From IMG/VR virus record IMGVR_UViG_3300009826_000007, positions 1 to 52,618 of that record: a stretch of 52,618 nt of DNA; one strand, written 5' to 3'. The notes below the pieces were generated by a model. The model did not search any database. It had not been told where the DNA came from and worked only from the letters and a program-made list of their open reading frames with translations. The stretch comes from a virus. The translations under genes were made by a program, and so were the position numbers. Each line of letters starts with the position of its first letter. Position 1 is the stretch's first letter. Below are positions 28,596-36,601 of this stretch, one piece after another.

Positions 28596-29273
28596 ATGTC
28601 TAATTACCAAGCTATATCGCCGCAAGGCCAATACTACCAGGCTCCGTATTTTCAATCACAAGGCCAATATTACCAACCACAGGCGCAACCGATAGATCCC
28701 TATTCCGCGCAAGCAGAATATTGGCGGTCTGTTCGTGATCAATACGGCCAACCGTTTACACAGCAAAATTATCAAATGCCAGTCCAACAGCAAATACAAC
28801 CACAGCAACCACAACAACGACAGCAAACACCTATGGGGCAAATATTCGCCTATCCGGTGACAAATATAGATGAGGCGAAGGGAATGCGAATTGATGCATT
28901 TAACACATTTATATTTGACGACCCTAGCGCTGAAAAAATTTATAAAAAGAAAATAAATAATGACGGTTTGCCCGTTTTTCAAACTTATATTCTTGAAAAT
29001 GTGCAACCGACTACACAACCGACAGAACAGTCTGAAAATACGACACCGCCGGACACGGTCGCAATACATCGAACCGACTTGAATAAAATTGAAGCACTCA
29101 TAAATCGAATTACTACATTAGAACAATTTTGCAAGGAGATTAGAGACAATGGAAATAATGCAACTGATAAATTCACTTCGACAGACGAACAATCCCCAGG
29201 CACTTCTACAGCAATTATCTATGCAAGACCCAACAATAGCGAAGGCAATGCAAATGACACAGGGCAAGAATAA
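28596..29273 (+). CDS. Protein with a Q/Y/P-rich (prion-like composition) N-terminal region
   Basis: AAGGAG RBS. By my count 27 of the first 84 residues are Gln. The 3' 125 nt overlap ORF 29149..29361. Confidence 0.6.
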   Translation: MSNYQAISPQGQYYQAPYFQSQGQYYQPQAQPIDPYSAQAEYWRSVRDQYGQPFTQQNYQMPVQQQIQPQQPQQRQQTPMGQIFAYPVTNIDEAKGMRIDAFNTFIFDDPSAEKIYKKKINNDGLPVFQTYILENVQPTTQPTEQSENTTPPDTVAIHRTDLNKIEALINRITTLEQFCKEIRDNGNNATDKFTSTDEQSPGTSTAIIYARPNNSEGNANDTGQE

Positions 29274-29361
29274 TCAGCAGATAATGGAATTGGCTGAAAA
29301 TTTATCACAAAACATGTACGGTATGCCCTTGGCGCAATATCGACAACAAATTGGTGTTTAG
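29149..29361 (+). CDS. Hypothetical (70 aa), overlapping the previous ORF in another frame
   Basis: AAGGAG lies 10 nt upstream. The sequence looks helical and Q-rich. Confidence 0.45.
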   Translation: MEIMQLINSLRQTNNPQALLQQLSMQDPTIAKAMQMTQGKNNQQIMELAENLSQNMYGMPLAQYRQQIGV

Positions 29362-29370
29362 CGCTTATTC

Positions 29371-29463
29371 GGTTAGTTGCTAATGTTAAACAACCAACCT
29401 TGATCTTGATCCTTGCCCGATCTTGATCCTTGAAGGTTAGTTGTTAATGTTAATTAGCCAACC
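29371..29463 (+). promoter_or_regulatory. Composite element: hairpin - four GATC sites - homologous hairpin
   Basis: ggttagttg-N11-caaccaacc lies at 29371-29399. gatcttgatccttg occurs twice, placing GATC at 29402, 29408, 29419 and 29425. ggttagttg-N13-gccaacc lies at 29435-29463. Confidence 0.6.
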
Positions 29464-29521
29464 AAAGCGATTCACATAGTAATTTTTTAACCCTGTATCC
29501 CTAGAAGAAGGAGGAATTTTA

Positions 29522-29894
29522 ATGGGTGGAATGTTAGGTAATACGGAATTTGTATCGTCCGGCGGCGGCGGTTTTGGTAGCCACAATGACGGATGGCTAG
29601 GAATGTTATTGGTTATCGCATTGTTAGGCGGACGCGGCGGATTTTTTGGTCATGGTGACAATGGCGGCGTTGGTGACATCGAACGTATGCAGTTAATGAT
29701 GAATGACAATAACAACATTCGTTTTAACCAATTGGCCGGTGAAATTGGCGCGGTTGAGTCACGCGGCCAAATTGGTCAATTGCGAAACGACATGGACAGC
29801 GGCTTTAGAGGTCTTGCGCGTGAAGTTGGACAGCTTGGAGTGCAGAACCTTTTGACTGCGAAAGATGCACAAATTGCCAATTTGGAGTGCTGCT
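29522..29894 (+). CDS. Exon 1 of the intron-split gene (Gly-rich membrane-anchored protein, unknown function)
   Basis: GAAGGAGG RBS. The ORF runs into intron sequence and stops at 29915. The proposed 5' splice site is after T29894, which forms a U-G pair in a 6-bp P1 (29890-29895 with 29903-29908). Confidence 0.6.
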
Positions 29895-30937
29895 TAACTT
29901 GTAGGCAGGCGGCGTAGTAATACGCCGATTAATGTACTGGGTGAATTGCTGGAAAACTAAATATACATTACTTTGACGGCATAGATTATTTGCTGTACAA
30001 TACATGTAAAATATGACATTTAGGAGGCTTTATGTTTTATGTGTATGAGTGTTTTATAAAAGATTCGGGCGAAATAATCTATGTTGGGAAGGGTTCAAAA
30101 AAACGATATAAAGCCAAAAAGAAAAATAAGTTGTTAAATGAGTTTCTTAACCGTTTTGACTGTGATGTTAGAATCATAGAGTATTTTGACAATGAGCTAG
30201 ATGCATTTGAAAAAGAAGCAAAGCGTGTGCATGAATTGAAAAACATTGGACAGTGTGTTTGTAATAATCATAGGGGTGGTTTCGGCGGTTGTAGTTATAT
30301 TTGGAATGACGAAAGACGTAAAAAGGCATCCGAAAATAATGGAATGAAACACGCCGAACAAAGAAAACGTATGTCAATATGCAATCCAATGAAAGACCCG
30401 GTAATTGCTGCAAAATCAGGTGCAGAGCATAAACGCGCCATTGTGTTAGATAATAAATATTATGCGAGCCAAATAGATGCAGCAGCGATAATTAATGTTA
30501 GTACTAATACCATATTAACGTGGTTAAAACGGGGCTACAACTCCAAGGGGAAAGCATGTTATTATGCAGATACCCCGCGCAATGCTAAAGATGTAAAACT
30601 CAAAACAACTAATTCAAAACAAGTTATAGTTGATGGAAAAATATTTGATTCTGTAAGAAGTGCTGCAAAATTTATTGAATGCGCTCCAGAAACTATAATT
30701 AGAAACATAAAAAACAATCGGCTTTGTAAAGGTTTTAAATGTATATATGTCAACCAGCAGCCAAGTTAGGTGAATTCGATAAAAGTAGCCTAAAAGGTTC
30801 AACGACTAATGCTTGCGGACGAACACCAATAATAGCGACACGAGCGCCCAGCCCCTAAATTTAGGGTGAAGATATAGTCTGGACTTATGGGAAACCATAA
30901 GAAGTAGTGGATAAAGAGCCACTACGATAACAAAACG
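29895..30937 (+). mobile_element. Group I intron (IA-like) carrying a GIY-YIG homing endonuclease ORF in a peripheral loop
   Basis: - P-like element aattgctggaaaa at 29944-29956.
- R-like element gttcaacgactaatg at 30797-30811.
- S-like element aagatatagtctggac at 30869-30884.
- GNRA-capped hairpins at 29911-29926 (GTAA) and 30884-30901 (GAAA).
- A further hairpin at 30904-30925.
- The exact boundaries are inferred. Confidence 0.8.
30032..30769 (+). CDS. GIY-YIG homing endonuclease
   Basis: N-terminus MFYVYECF...GEIIYVGKGSKKRY...AFEKEAKRVHELK. NUMOD/IENR-like HTH repeats are present (ASQIDAAAIINVSTNTILTWLKRG; DSVRSAAKFIECAPETIIRNIKNN). TAGGAGG RBS. Confidence 0.85.
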   Translation: MFYVYECFIKDSGEIIYVGKGSKKRYKAKKKNKLLNEFLNRFDCDVRIIEYFDNELDAFEKEAKRVHELKNIGQCVCNNHRGGFGGCSYIWNDERRKKASENNGMKHAEQRKRMSICNPMKDPVIAAKSGAEHKRAIVLDNKYYASQIDAAAIINVSTNTILTWLKRGYNSKGKACYYADTPRNAKDVKLKTTNSKQVIVDGKIFDSVRSAAKFIECAPETIIRNIKNNRLCKGFKCIYVNQQPS

Positions 30938-31299
30938 GCAAAACAAACAGTAACATCGATCAACTACGTTTCAATATGTCCGAGGGTTTTTGTTCCGTTA
31001 ACTTTAATGGCGAACGCAATACAAATGCAATCGTCCAGGCTGTTAACGCTGCATCCCAACGACAAATCGACTGGTTGACCGCCAACGAATTGAAAGAGGT
31101 ATACGCTGAAAATGCAAGGCTAAACGGTCGGATCAATACTGCTGAAATTGTTAATACAATTACCAGCAATCTTCAACCGCCACGCCCGGTTCCCTCGTAT
31201 GCGGCATCCAATCCATACGAGAATTTTATAGCACCTGTACGCGTGGTAGCCCCCCCGCATTTAGCGCAACAGCACCACGGTTGCTTTAATAATGGTTAA
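30938..31299 (+). CDS. Exon 2 of the intron-split gene
   Basis: The frame is open from 30931. NIDQLRFNMSEGF repeats the exon-1 block QIGQLRNDMDSGF. Joining T29894 to GC30938-39 keeps the frame and gives 244 aa in total. An alternative 3' site lies after G30958. Confidence 0.6.
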
Positions 31300-31324
31300 A
31301 ATGGAATAAAATAAAAGTTGCTGG

Positions 31325-31372
31325 TTTGGGGCGTGGGTGTCTGCCGCCCCCAAGCCTGACTTTTCAAATTTT
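31325..31372 (+). terminator. Terminator-like GC hairpin after the split gene
   Basis: tttggggcg...cgcccccaa followed by gcctgacttttcaaattttt. Confidence 0.5.
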
Positions 31373-31389
31373 TGAAAGGTGGACTTAAA

Positions 31390-31866
31390 ATGAGCATCCC
31401 CGATTTACGATTTTTAAAAGATTTAGATATAACGGTCGTACCAGGTACATCGTTATTTATTACCGTACAGGATTTTACCCCGGTTAATCGCCAATTTTAT
31501 ACATTATGGATTGGCCAATTTTTGCCGGAGGTAGTCGGCACAGAGCAGGTATTTATTCAACAACTTGGGTCATTAATAAATGTTCCATTAATTGACAGAT
31601 TTGGAAATATAGTTAGAGCTGGCCAATTGCGAGGTGCAAGGGTGGTACATGAACATCCGTGTCATTTACGCCCGGCACGTTATCGCCTGACATACGGTTC
31701 TGATACGTTACCAACGGGTGCAGCCCCGGTATTTACGGTTTGGGAAGGTTTGGCAGATTTTATCTATAACGGCGCTGCTGCATTATCCACTGACCCGGGG
31801 GCGGGGGGCGCAATCGCACCGCTTACGGCCAAAGTTTCTTTAAAAGTGGATGACAAATCCAAATAG
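31390..31866 (+). CDS. Hypothetical (158 aa)
   Basis: AAAGGTGG precedes ATG 31390. The track start is 31372. Confidence 0.6.
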   Translation: MSIPDLRFLKDLDITVVPGTSLFITVQDFTPVNRQFYTLWIGQFLPEVVGTEQVFIQQLGSLINVPLIDRFGNIVRAGQLRGARVVHEHPCHLRPARYRLTYGSDTLPTGAAPVFTVWEGLADFIYNGAAALSTDPGAGGAIAPLTAKVSLKVDDKSK

Positions 31867-32026
31867 TAAAGATAATATTGCGTGGGCAACGCTGGTTGCT
31901 ACCGTCATGAATTTGGATGTTAATATACAAATTTTGAATATCAGCCAGCAACGCCTGCAAACTGCTAACCATCAAACACAAATATTAGAACAAATATTCG
32001 AGGAGTTGAAAAACAAAAATGGATGA
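31850..32026 (+). CDS. 58-aa hypothetical (below track cutoff)
   Basis: Translates as MTNPNSKDNIAWATLVATVMNLDVNIQILNISQQRLQ... It overlaps both neighbours by a few nt. Confidence 0.4.
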   Translation: MTNPNSKDNIAWATLVATVMNLDVNIQILNISQQRLQTANHQTQILEQIFEELKNKNG

Positions 32027-32702
32027 GTTAAATGTCGAGGGCAAACACGGCAAAAGTGCATATGGTCATGAGGCCACTGCGCCAATGATGGAGGATATGG
32101 AACACGTTGGCGAACATGCTGGCCCACGTGCTATGACCAAAGAAAATTGGAAGGCTTCCATAGCAGAAATTGCTCCGATTTTAGATAGAATACACACATA
32201 TTTGATATGTGGATATATGTGGCATGGACGCGCTGCCAATGAATGCCGCAGATTTCGCATACGAGGCATGGGACGCTGGCATGAGGCCGAGGCGTTATCA
32301 GACGCTAATTGTCATATTAATTTGATGAAATTATTTCAGGATAATTTATGGTATTCGCCCGTCACCAATTGGGAACATGTCAAGGGCGATAATGAATTTA
32401 CAATTGATTCTTTGACTGATTTTCAACAGCATTTTGTTGTATGGATGCAGCGCGAGGCACATTTGATTGATGCACTAAACGAGGCCATTCATATGATGAG
32501 GGCGATAGATATATCCACATATAAACATTTGTTATGCGCACTAGAGGAAGTACAAAACGAGTCTATGCGGGCGCGTTGGGTATATGAAAATTTCAAACTT
32601 GCTGATTGGGAAGGTCATCACCTGCTCCGCAGTAGCAAAGATTTACACCAATACTTTGAATTTGACTACAAGGGCGGTTTGATTGATTTTAATATAGGTT
32701 AA
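32019..32702 (+). CDS. Hypothetical His/Trp-rich helical protein (227 aa)
   Basis: GAGGAG RBS. It is the last rightward gene. Confidence 0.65.
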   Translation: MDELNVEGKHGKSAYGHEATAPMMEDMEHVGEHAGPRAMTKENWKASIAEIAPILDRIHTYLICGYMWHGRAANECRRFRIRGMGRWHEAEALSDANCHINLMKLFQDNLWYSPVTNWEHVKGDNEFTIDSLTDFQQHFVVWMQREAHLIDALNEAIHMMRAIDISTYKHLLCALEEVQNESMRARWVYENFKLADWEGHHLLRSSKDLHQYFEFDYKGGLIDFNIG

Positions 32703-32750
32703 CCGTAAAATGAATAAAAAAAGCCCCAGGTTGCACCCCAGGGCATTTGT

Positions 32751-32996
32751 TTATGAAGTTTGGTCGGCCAATCGTTTTGCGCGTCCATATTCGAATTCTG
32801 GACAATTTTGCACTGTAAAAGATTCGATAGAATAATGTTTAATATGCGCCCCATATCCCAATGTAACATTTATTGGGGCGTATATTGCTGTCCATCCATC
32901 TACTGGCCTAAAATATCTGTGCCAGTCGCAGCCCAACGCGTGAGCATTTGCGCATTCCCAACAAATTGTTAATATTTTCCCTGGTTTCCCTGCCAT
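32751..32996 (-). CDS. Cys-rich small protein (81 aa)
   Basis: ICWECANAHALGC...QNCPEF. It is the last gene of the leftward array. Confidence 0.55.
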   Translation of the reverse strand: MAGKPGKILTICWECANAHALGCDWHRYFRPVDGWTAIYAPINVTLGYGAHIKHYSIESFTVQNCPEFEYGRAKRLADQTS

Positions 32997-33466
32997 TCGG
33001 TATCACCTTGATCCTTGTTTTCGTATTCATTATACAATTGGTTTAGCTTTTCCGAAAAATATTTTATAAAAAAAGCAATGTCATCGGCGTTAGGTTTATA
33101 TACATATTTGTTGCTACCGTTGTAGTCATCAAACAATATAATCGCTTGTGTATTTGATACTTCTACATCTTGAAAATGCTTCCCTACATGTTCGATTTTT
33201 ACAATTTCGTTGTATGCATCTTTTGCTTTTTCCAAAAATTTTTTTATTGCTATCTTGTCAGCCATGTTTGTCTTCCCCGTTTCAATGGTTGGTGCATCGT
33301 CTATCGCGTCCGCAATTTCATACATCATCAATGTGCTATAACTATATTCGCGGTGGTGACTGTCCTTATGCCCGGATTTAACAGCATCTGACAGTTTGTA
33401 ATGTCTACCGCAAAACAACGAGGCACAAAATAAGGCATCTGCATCAATTAATCGCATTATTCCCAT
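32969..33466 (-). CDS. Hypothetical (165 aa)
   Basis: Begins MGIMRLIDADAL... and lies downstream of int. Confidence 0.6.
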   Translation of the reverse strand: MGIMRLIDADALFCASLFCGRHYKLSDAVKSGHKDSHHREYSYSTLMMYEIADAIDDAPTIETGKTNMADKIAIKKFLEKAKDAYNEIVKIEHVGKHFQDVEVSNTQAIILFDDYNGSNKYVYKPNADDIAFFIKYFSEKLNQLYNEYENKDQGDTEWQGNQGKY

Positions 33467-33471
33467 ACCTT

Positions 33472-34581
33472 TCAGAAATTCACAACACGCTGTATAAACT
33501 TTTCCATTTTGATCCCGGATTCTTTTTGCATTCGTTCCGTCACATGCCCATAGGTATCCAATGTAAACGCCACAGAATGATGTCCCAAGCTTTCCGCAAT
33601 TGTTTTTATGTCTACCCCAGCTTGTATGGCAGAAACGGCATAACTATGGCGTAAATCATGGAAGCGCATAGAGGAATAGCCAATTTTCTCAACTATTTTT
33701 TTAAAATTTCGTTGTACAGTAACAGGCGTGAAGTGTTTGCCGTTTTTGTCTGTAAACACAAAACCCTCTTGTCTGATTCCCAAAACACTAAGTTTTTTTA
33801 TAACATAAGGAGCCATTGTTACCCACCTTGATTTGCCACTTTTCGGCAAAATCAGCTTATAATTAGCGCCTTTTTCAATAGGTTTTTGTAACTGTTTACT
33901 AATATTTATACGCCCATCCGAAAAATTTATACAATTCCACGTTAGCCCCAAAACTTCTCCTAAGCGCATACCAGTAAATAATGTCACAACAAAAAGAGTT
34001 TCAAGTTGGTGGCCCTCTATTTCATTTAAAAATGTAAAAATTTGAGTGTCGTCTAAAAACTGCATTTCTTTTTTTGTATTTTTTGGCAAAACACAAGCGT
34101 CTGTCGGGTTTGTTCTGATATACCCAATATTAACCGCCTGGCCTAATGATTTGCCTAATACCGAATGGACAAGTTTTACTGACCTATCTGACAAACCCTT
34201 TTCGCGCAAATTATTATAAAATTGCTGTATCATGCCGGGGGTAAGAAGCGCAAGCCTGACAGCGCCTAAAACTGGTATAATATGATTGCGGCAATTATTT
34301 TCGTAAATGCGAGCGGTAGCGGGTTTTACTGACACGATATAATCTTTTATCCACATATTAATCCATGCCCCAATGGTTAATTTTGACGGGCTAATAAATG
34401 TTCCATCGTCAATCGAAGCTATAATCTGTGTCAACTTTTGACGAACCTCTTTTTGTGTCTTGCCATAAATGGATTTTTGGATTTGTTTACCTGTTCCCGG
34501 GTCGCGTCCTACAGTGTAGCGAGCTTCCCAGTTTCCGTTTTTTCGTTGGCGTATGCTTCCCGCGCCCTGCATATTACGCAT
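33472..34581 (-). CDS. int: Tyrosine recombinase / phage integrase
   Basis: The arm-binding-like N-terminus reads GSIRQRKNGNWEARYTVGRDPGTGKQ. Catalytic residues are in GMRLGEVLGL, HDLRHSYAV, GHHSVAFTLDTYGHV. The likely start is ATG 34581 (track start 34626). Confidence 0.92.
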   Translation of the reverse strand: MRNMQGAGSIRQRKNGNWEARYTVGRDPGTGKQIQKSIYGKTQKEVRQKLTQIIASIDDGTFISPSKLTIGAWINMWIKDYIVSVKPATARIYENNCRNHIIPVLGAVRLALLTPGMIQQFYNNLREKGLSDRSVKLVHSVLGKSLGQAVNIGYIRTNPTDACVLPKNTKKEMQFLDDTQIFTFLNEIEGHQLETLFVVTLFTGMRLGEVLGLTWNCINFSDGRINISKQLQKPIEKGANYKLILPKSGKSRWVTMAPYVIKKLSVLGIRQEGFVFTDKNGKHFTPVTVQRNFKKIVEKIGYSSMRFHDLRHSYAVSAIQAGVDIKTIAESLGHHSVAFTLDTYGHVTERMQKESGIKMEKFIQRVVNF

Positions 34582-34834
34582 TATTATCATTCTCCATTGC
34601 AATTTTATCCATAACAACCGCAACATCTAAAATTACATCATCAAACGGGCGTATTACCCCATTGTCATCATACAACCTAACCCCGATTCTGTTTACGGCG
34701 GTTTTTATTTTTTCAGTTGCGCTTGAACCGTCAATAAAAGCCCAATCTATGTCTTTGTTTTCAAATTCTTTTTCTAAATCAACACATCTGTCCACCAAAT
34801 GTTTTCTAAAATTAGTAATATCATCATGTGTCAT
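34574..34834 (-). CDS. Hypothetical acidic protein (86 aa)
   Basis: ORF immediately upstream of int. Confidence 0.5.
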   Translation of the reverse strand: MTHDDITNFRKHLVDRCVDLEKEFENKDIDWAFIDGSSATEKIKTAVNRIGVRLYDDNGVIRPFDDVILDVAVVMDKIAMENDNNA

Positions 34835-34889
34835 TTTAGTCGGTTATACATTTCTAATTTTTTCCTAGTCATTGTTTAATCTCCTTTTT

Positions 34890-35573
34890 TTAAAAAGCAT
34901 CAAATAAACTACGCATCTTTTCCGTTTTTTGCGTGTCCGTTTCGGTATCCCTTTCGGTGTCCTTTTCGGTGTCCTTTTTGGTGTCCATTATGGTTCCCTC
35001 TTTTGTACCTATTTCGGCACCCATTTGCGTTCCCATTTTGGCATCCTCTTTGATACCCATTTTGGTATCCGTTTTGGCAAGTTGTTGCATTTGTTGCGCT
35101 ATTTGGGGCGTTTTTTCAACAAAATCCCGTTTGGTATCATTTACGGTGTCCATTTTGGTTCCCTTTTCGGTATCCATTTGAGTATCTTTTTTGGTGCCCG
35201 TTATGGTATCTGTTTTAGTTCCCTTTTCGGTGTCCGTTATGATACCATTTTTAGTATCCATTTCAATGCCCATTTGCGACTGATTTACAGCCGCAAATGA
35301 GTTAATTGTGTAAACAGTGGATTGACTTCCCTTACGCGTTTCATATTCAATCAGACCCAACGCCTGCAATTCATTCCTGGCAACCCAGATTACCTTTCTG
35401 CTAAGGCTGGTCTTAGATTCAAGCACGGAAAGCCTTAGTTCAAAAGTGCATTGCCCACGTTTGTATGCGAAAAGTGCTAACGTATGCCATAAATTGATAG
35501 ATGAATGACGTACAGACCGCGCTTCCCTAAAATTGTCAAACGCTAATGTCTCAAAAATAAGATCATAATCCAT
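34890..35573 (-). CDS. Winged-helix-like N-domain plus a D/T/K tetrapeptide-repeat tail (candidate ParM adaptor)
   Basis: The N-terminus is SLSRKVIWVARNELQALGLIEYETRKG. The tail is DTEKGTKTDTITGTKKDTQMDTEKGTKMDT...DTEKDTERDTETDT. It lies directly downstream of the parM-like gene. Confidence 0.65.
   Translation of the reverse strand: MDYDLIFETLAFDNFREARSVRHSSINLWHTLALFAYKRGQCTFELRLSVLESKTSLSRKVIWVARNELQALGLIEYETRKGSQSTVYTINSFAAVNQSQMGIEMDTKNGIITDTEKGTKTDTITGTKKDTQMDTEKGTKMDTVNDTKRDFVEKTPQIAQQMQQLAKTDTKMGIKEDAKMGTQMGAEIGTKEGTIMDTKKDTEKDTERDTETDTQKTEKMRSLFDAF
34933..35285. repeat. 12-bp periodic tandem repeats (consensus GTRTCCnTTTYG), two blocks
   Basis: Twelve consecutive units span 34933-35076, for example gtgtccgtttcg, gtatccctttcg, gtgtccttttcg. 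A second block spans about 35133-35285. All three plus-strand frames are open here. Confidence 0.85.
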
Positions 35574-35581
35574 AACTATTC

Positions 35582-36574
35582 CTATGCCTTTTTGCTCATC
35601 TGGTTGTATGCCGCCAAATAACCCTTTGCGTTAGCAAAAATATCATCCTCAAAATATGCATCACCTATCATTCCGGTGTCTAAAATATATTTTTTTAATG
35701 CTATTGCACCACCGCCAACAAAAATTGTATAATCTTCGCGTAAGTCAATACCCTGTTGAGATACCGCTGCTAGTAGCTTCACGGTTAATTTTTGTGTGAG
35801 ATCAAAAACAAGTGCCTGTCGCTCGTTTGAGCAGCCATTTAGGGATTTGGCCTTTTTCTGAATAATGCCCTCAATGTTGCTATCCGTCATTCTTTTCCCT
35901 ATTTTTGCGTTAATTCGGCTGTTTACCTCGTCCAACAATATATTAACGCCAATGTACAGGGATTCCACTATGTCTGGTTGTCCGTTATTAATTCGTATGC
36001 AATCCACAGTGTAACCGCCTATGTCTACAATGTTTACAGTGTCACGACTGTCAACAATAGCCCATAGGTGGTTTAATGCTGTTGTGGCAACGCCCTGGGG
36101 ATAGACATGCACGTTGGTGATTTTTATAATCATGGGTGTATCGTTAATACGAAAACTAATTTGCTTGCCTTCACGTTGGAAATATTTTGCAAATTTTGCG
36201 CCGATTTCCTTTTTGTGCATTGGCGGTACCCCAACCAACAAATCAATTTCAACATATCCATCCTGCACCATTTCCTTATAACAATTCAAATCGGCTAAAA
36301 CTTGCTTCCCGATGGCAAACAATGTCAACAAAAAATAATCATCATCGGCGGTCTTGTCATCTTTTTGGTAAAATCGGCAGTCTACTAACGTGTATTCTTT
36401 GCCATTAAAATCTAATCTATCGCCGCCATGACTGCCCTGGATGGTGCTATCAATAAAACTGGATGCAAAATTAATACAAATCAATTTGCCTTTTTCCCCG
36501 GGCAAGCTGGTTGACAATGCGCTACACGACTTTGTGCCTCTATTGCCGTGGTCTATTGCTACTATTTTTTTCAT
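35582..36574 (-). CDS. ParM/Alp-family actin-like segregation ATPase
   Basis: Actin-fold motifs are AIDHGNRGTK (phosphate 1), VDIGGYTVD (phosphate 2) and FVGGGA (adenosine). Confidence 0.8.
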   Translation of the reverse strand: MKKIVAIDHGNRGTKSCSALSTSLPGEKGKLICINFASSFIDSTIQGSHGGDRLDFNGKEYTLVDCRFYQKDDKTADDDYFLLTLFAIGKQVLADLNCYKEMVQDGYVEIDLLVGVPPMHKKEIGAKFAKYFQREGKQISFRINDTPMIIKITNVHVYPQGVATTALNHLWAIVDSRDTVNIVDIGGYTVDCIRINNGQPDIVESLYIGVNILLDEVNSRINAKIGKRMTDSNIEGIIQKKAKSLNGCSNERQALVFDLTQKLTVKLLAAVSQQGIDLREDYTIFVGGGAIALKKYILDTGMIGDAYFEDDIFANAKGYLAAYNQMSKKA

Positions 36575-36601
36575 ATTGGCACTCCTTTTCTAAATACAAT
36601 A

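Noticed and set aside
32703-32750. Convergent intergenic junction as a bidirectional terminator or attP core
   Set aside because: gCCCCAGGttgcaCCCCAGGgc is a direct repeat, not an inverted one, and only a 4-bp GCCC/GGGC stem can form. No tRNA-fragment-like sequence is evident. I could not support either call.
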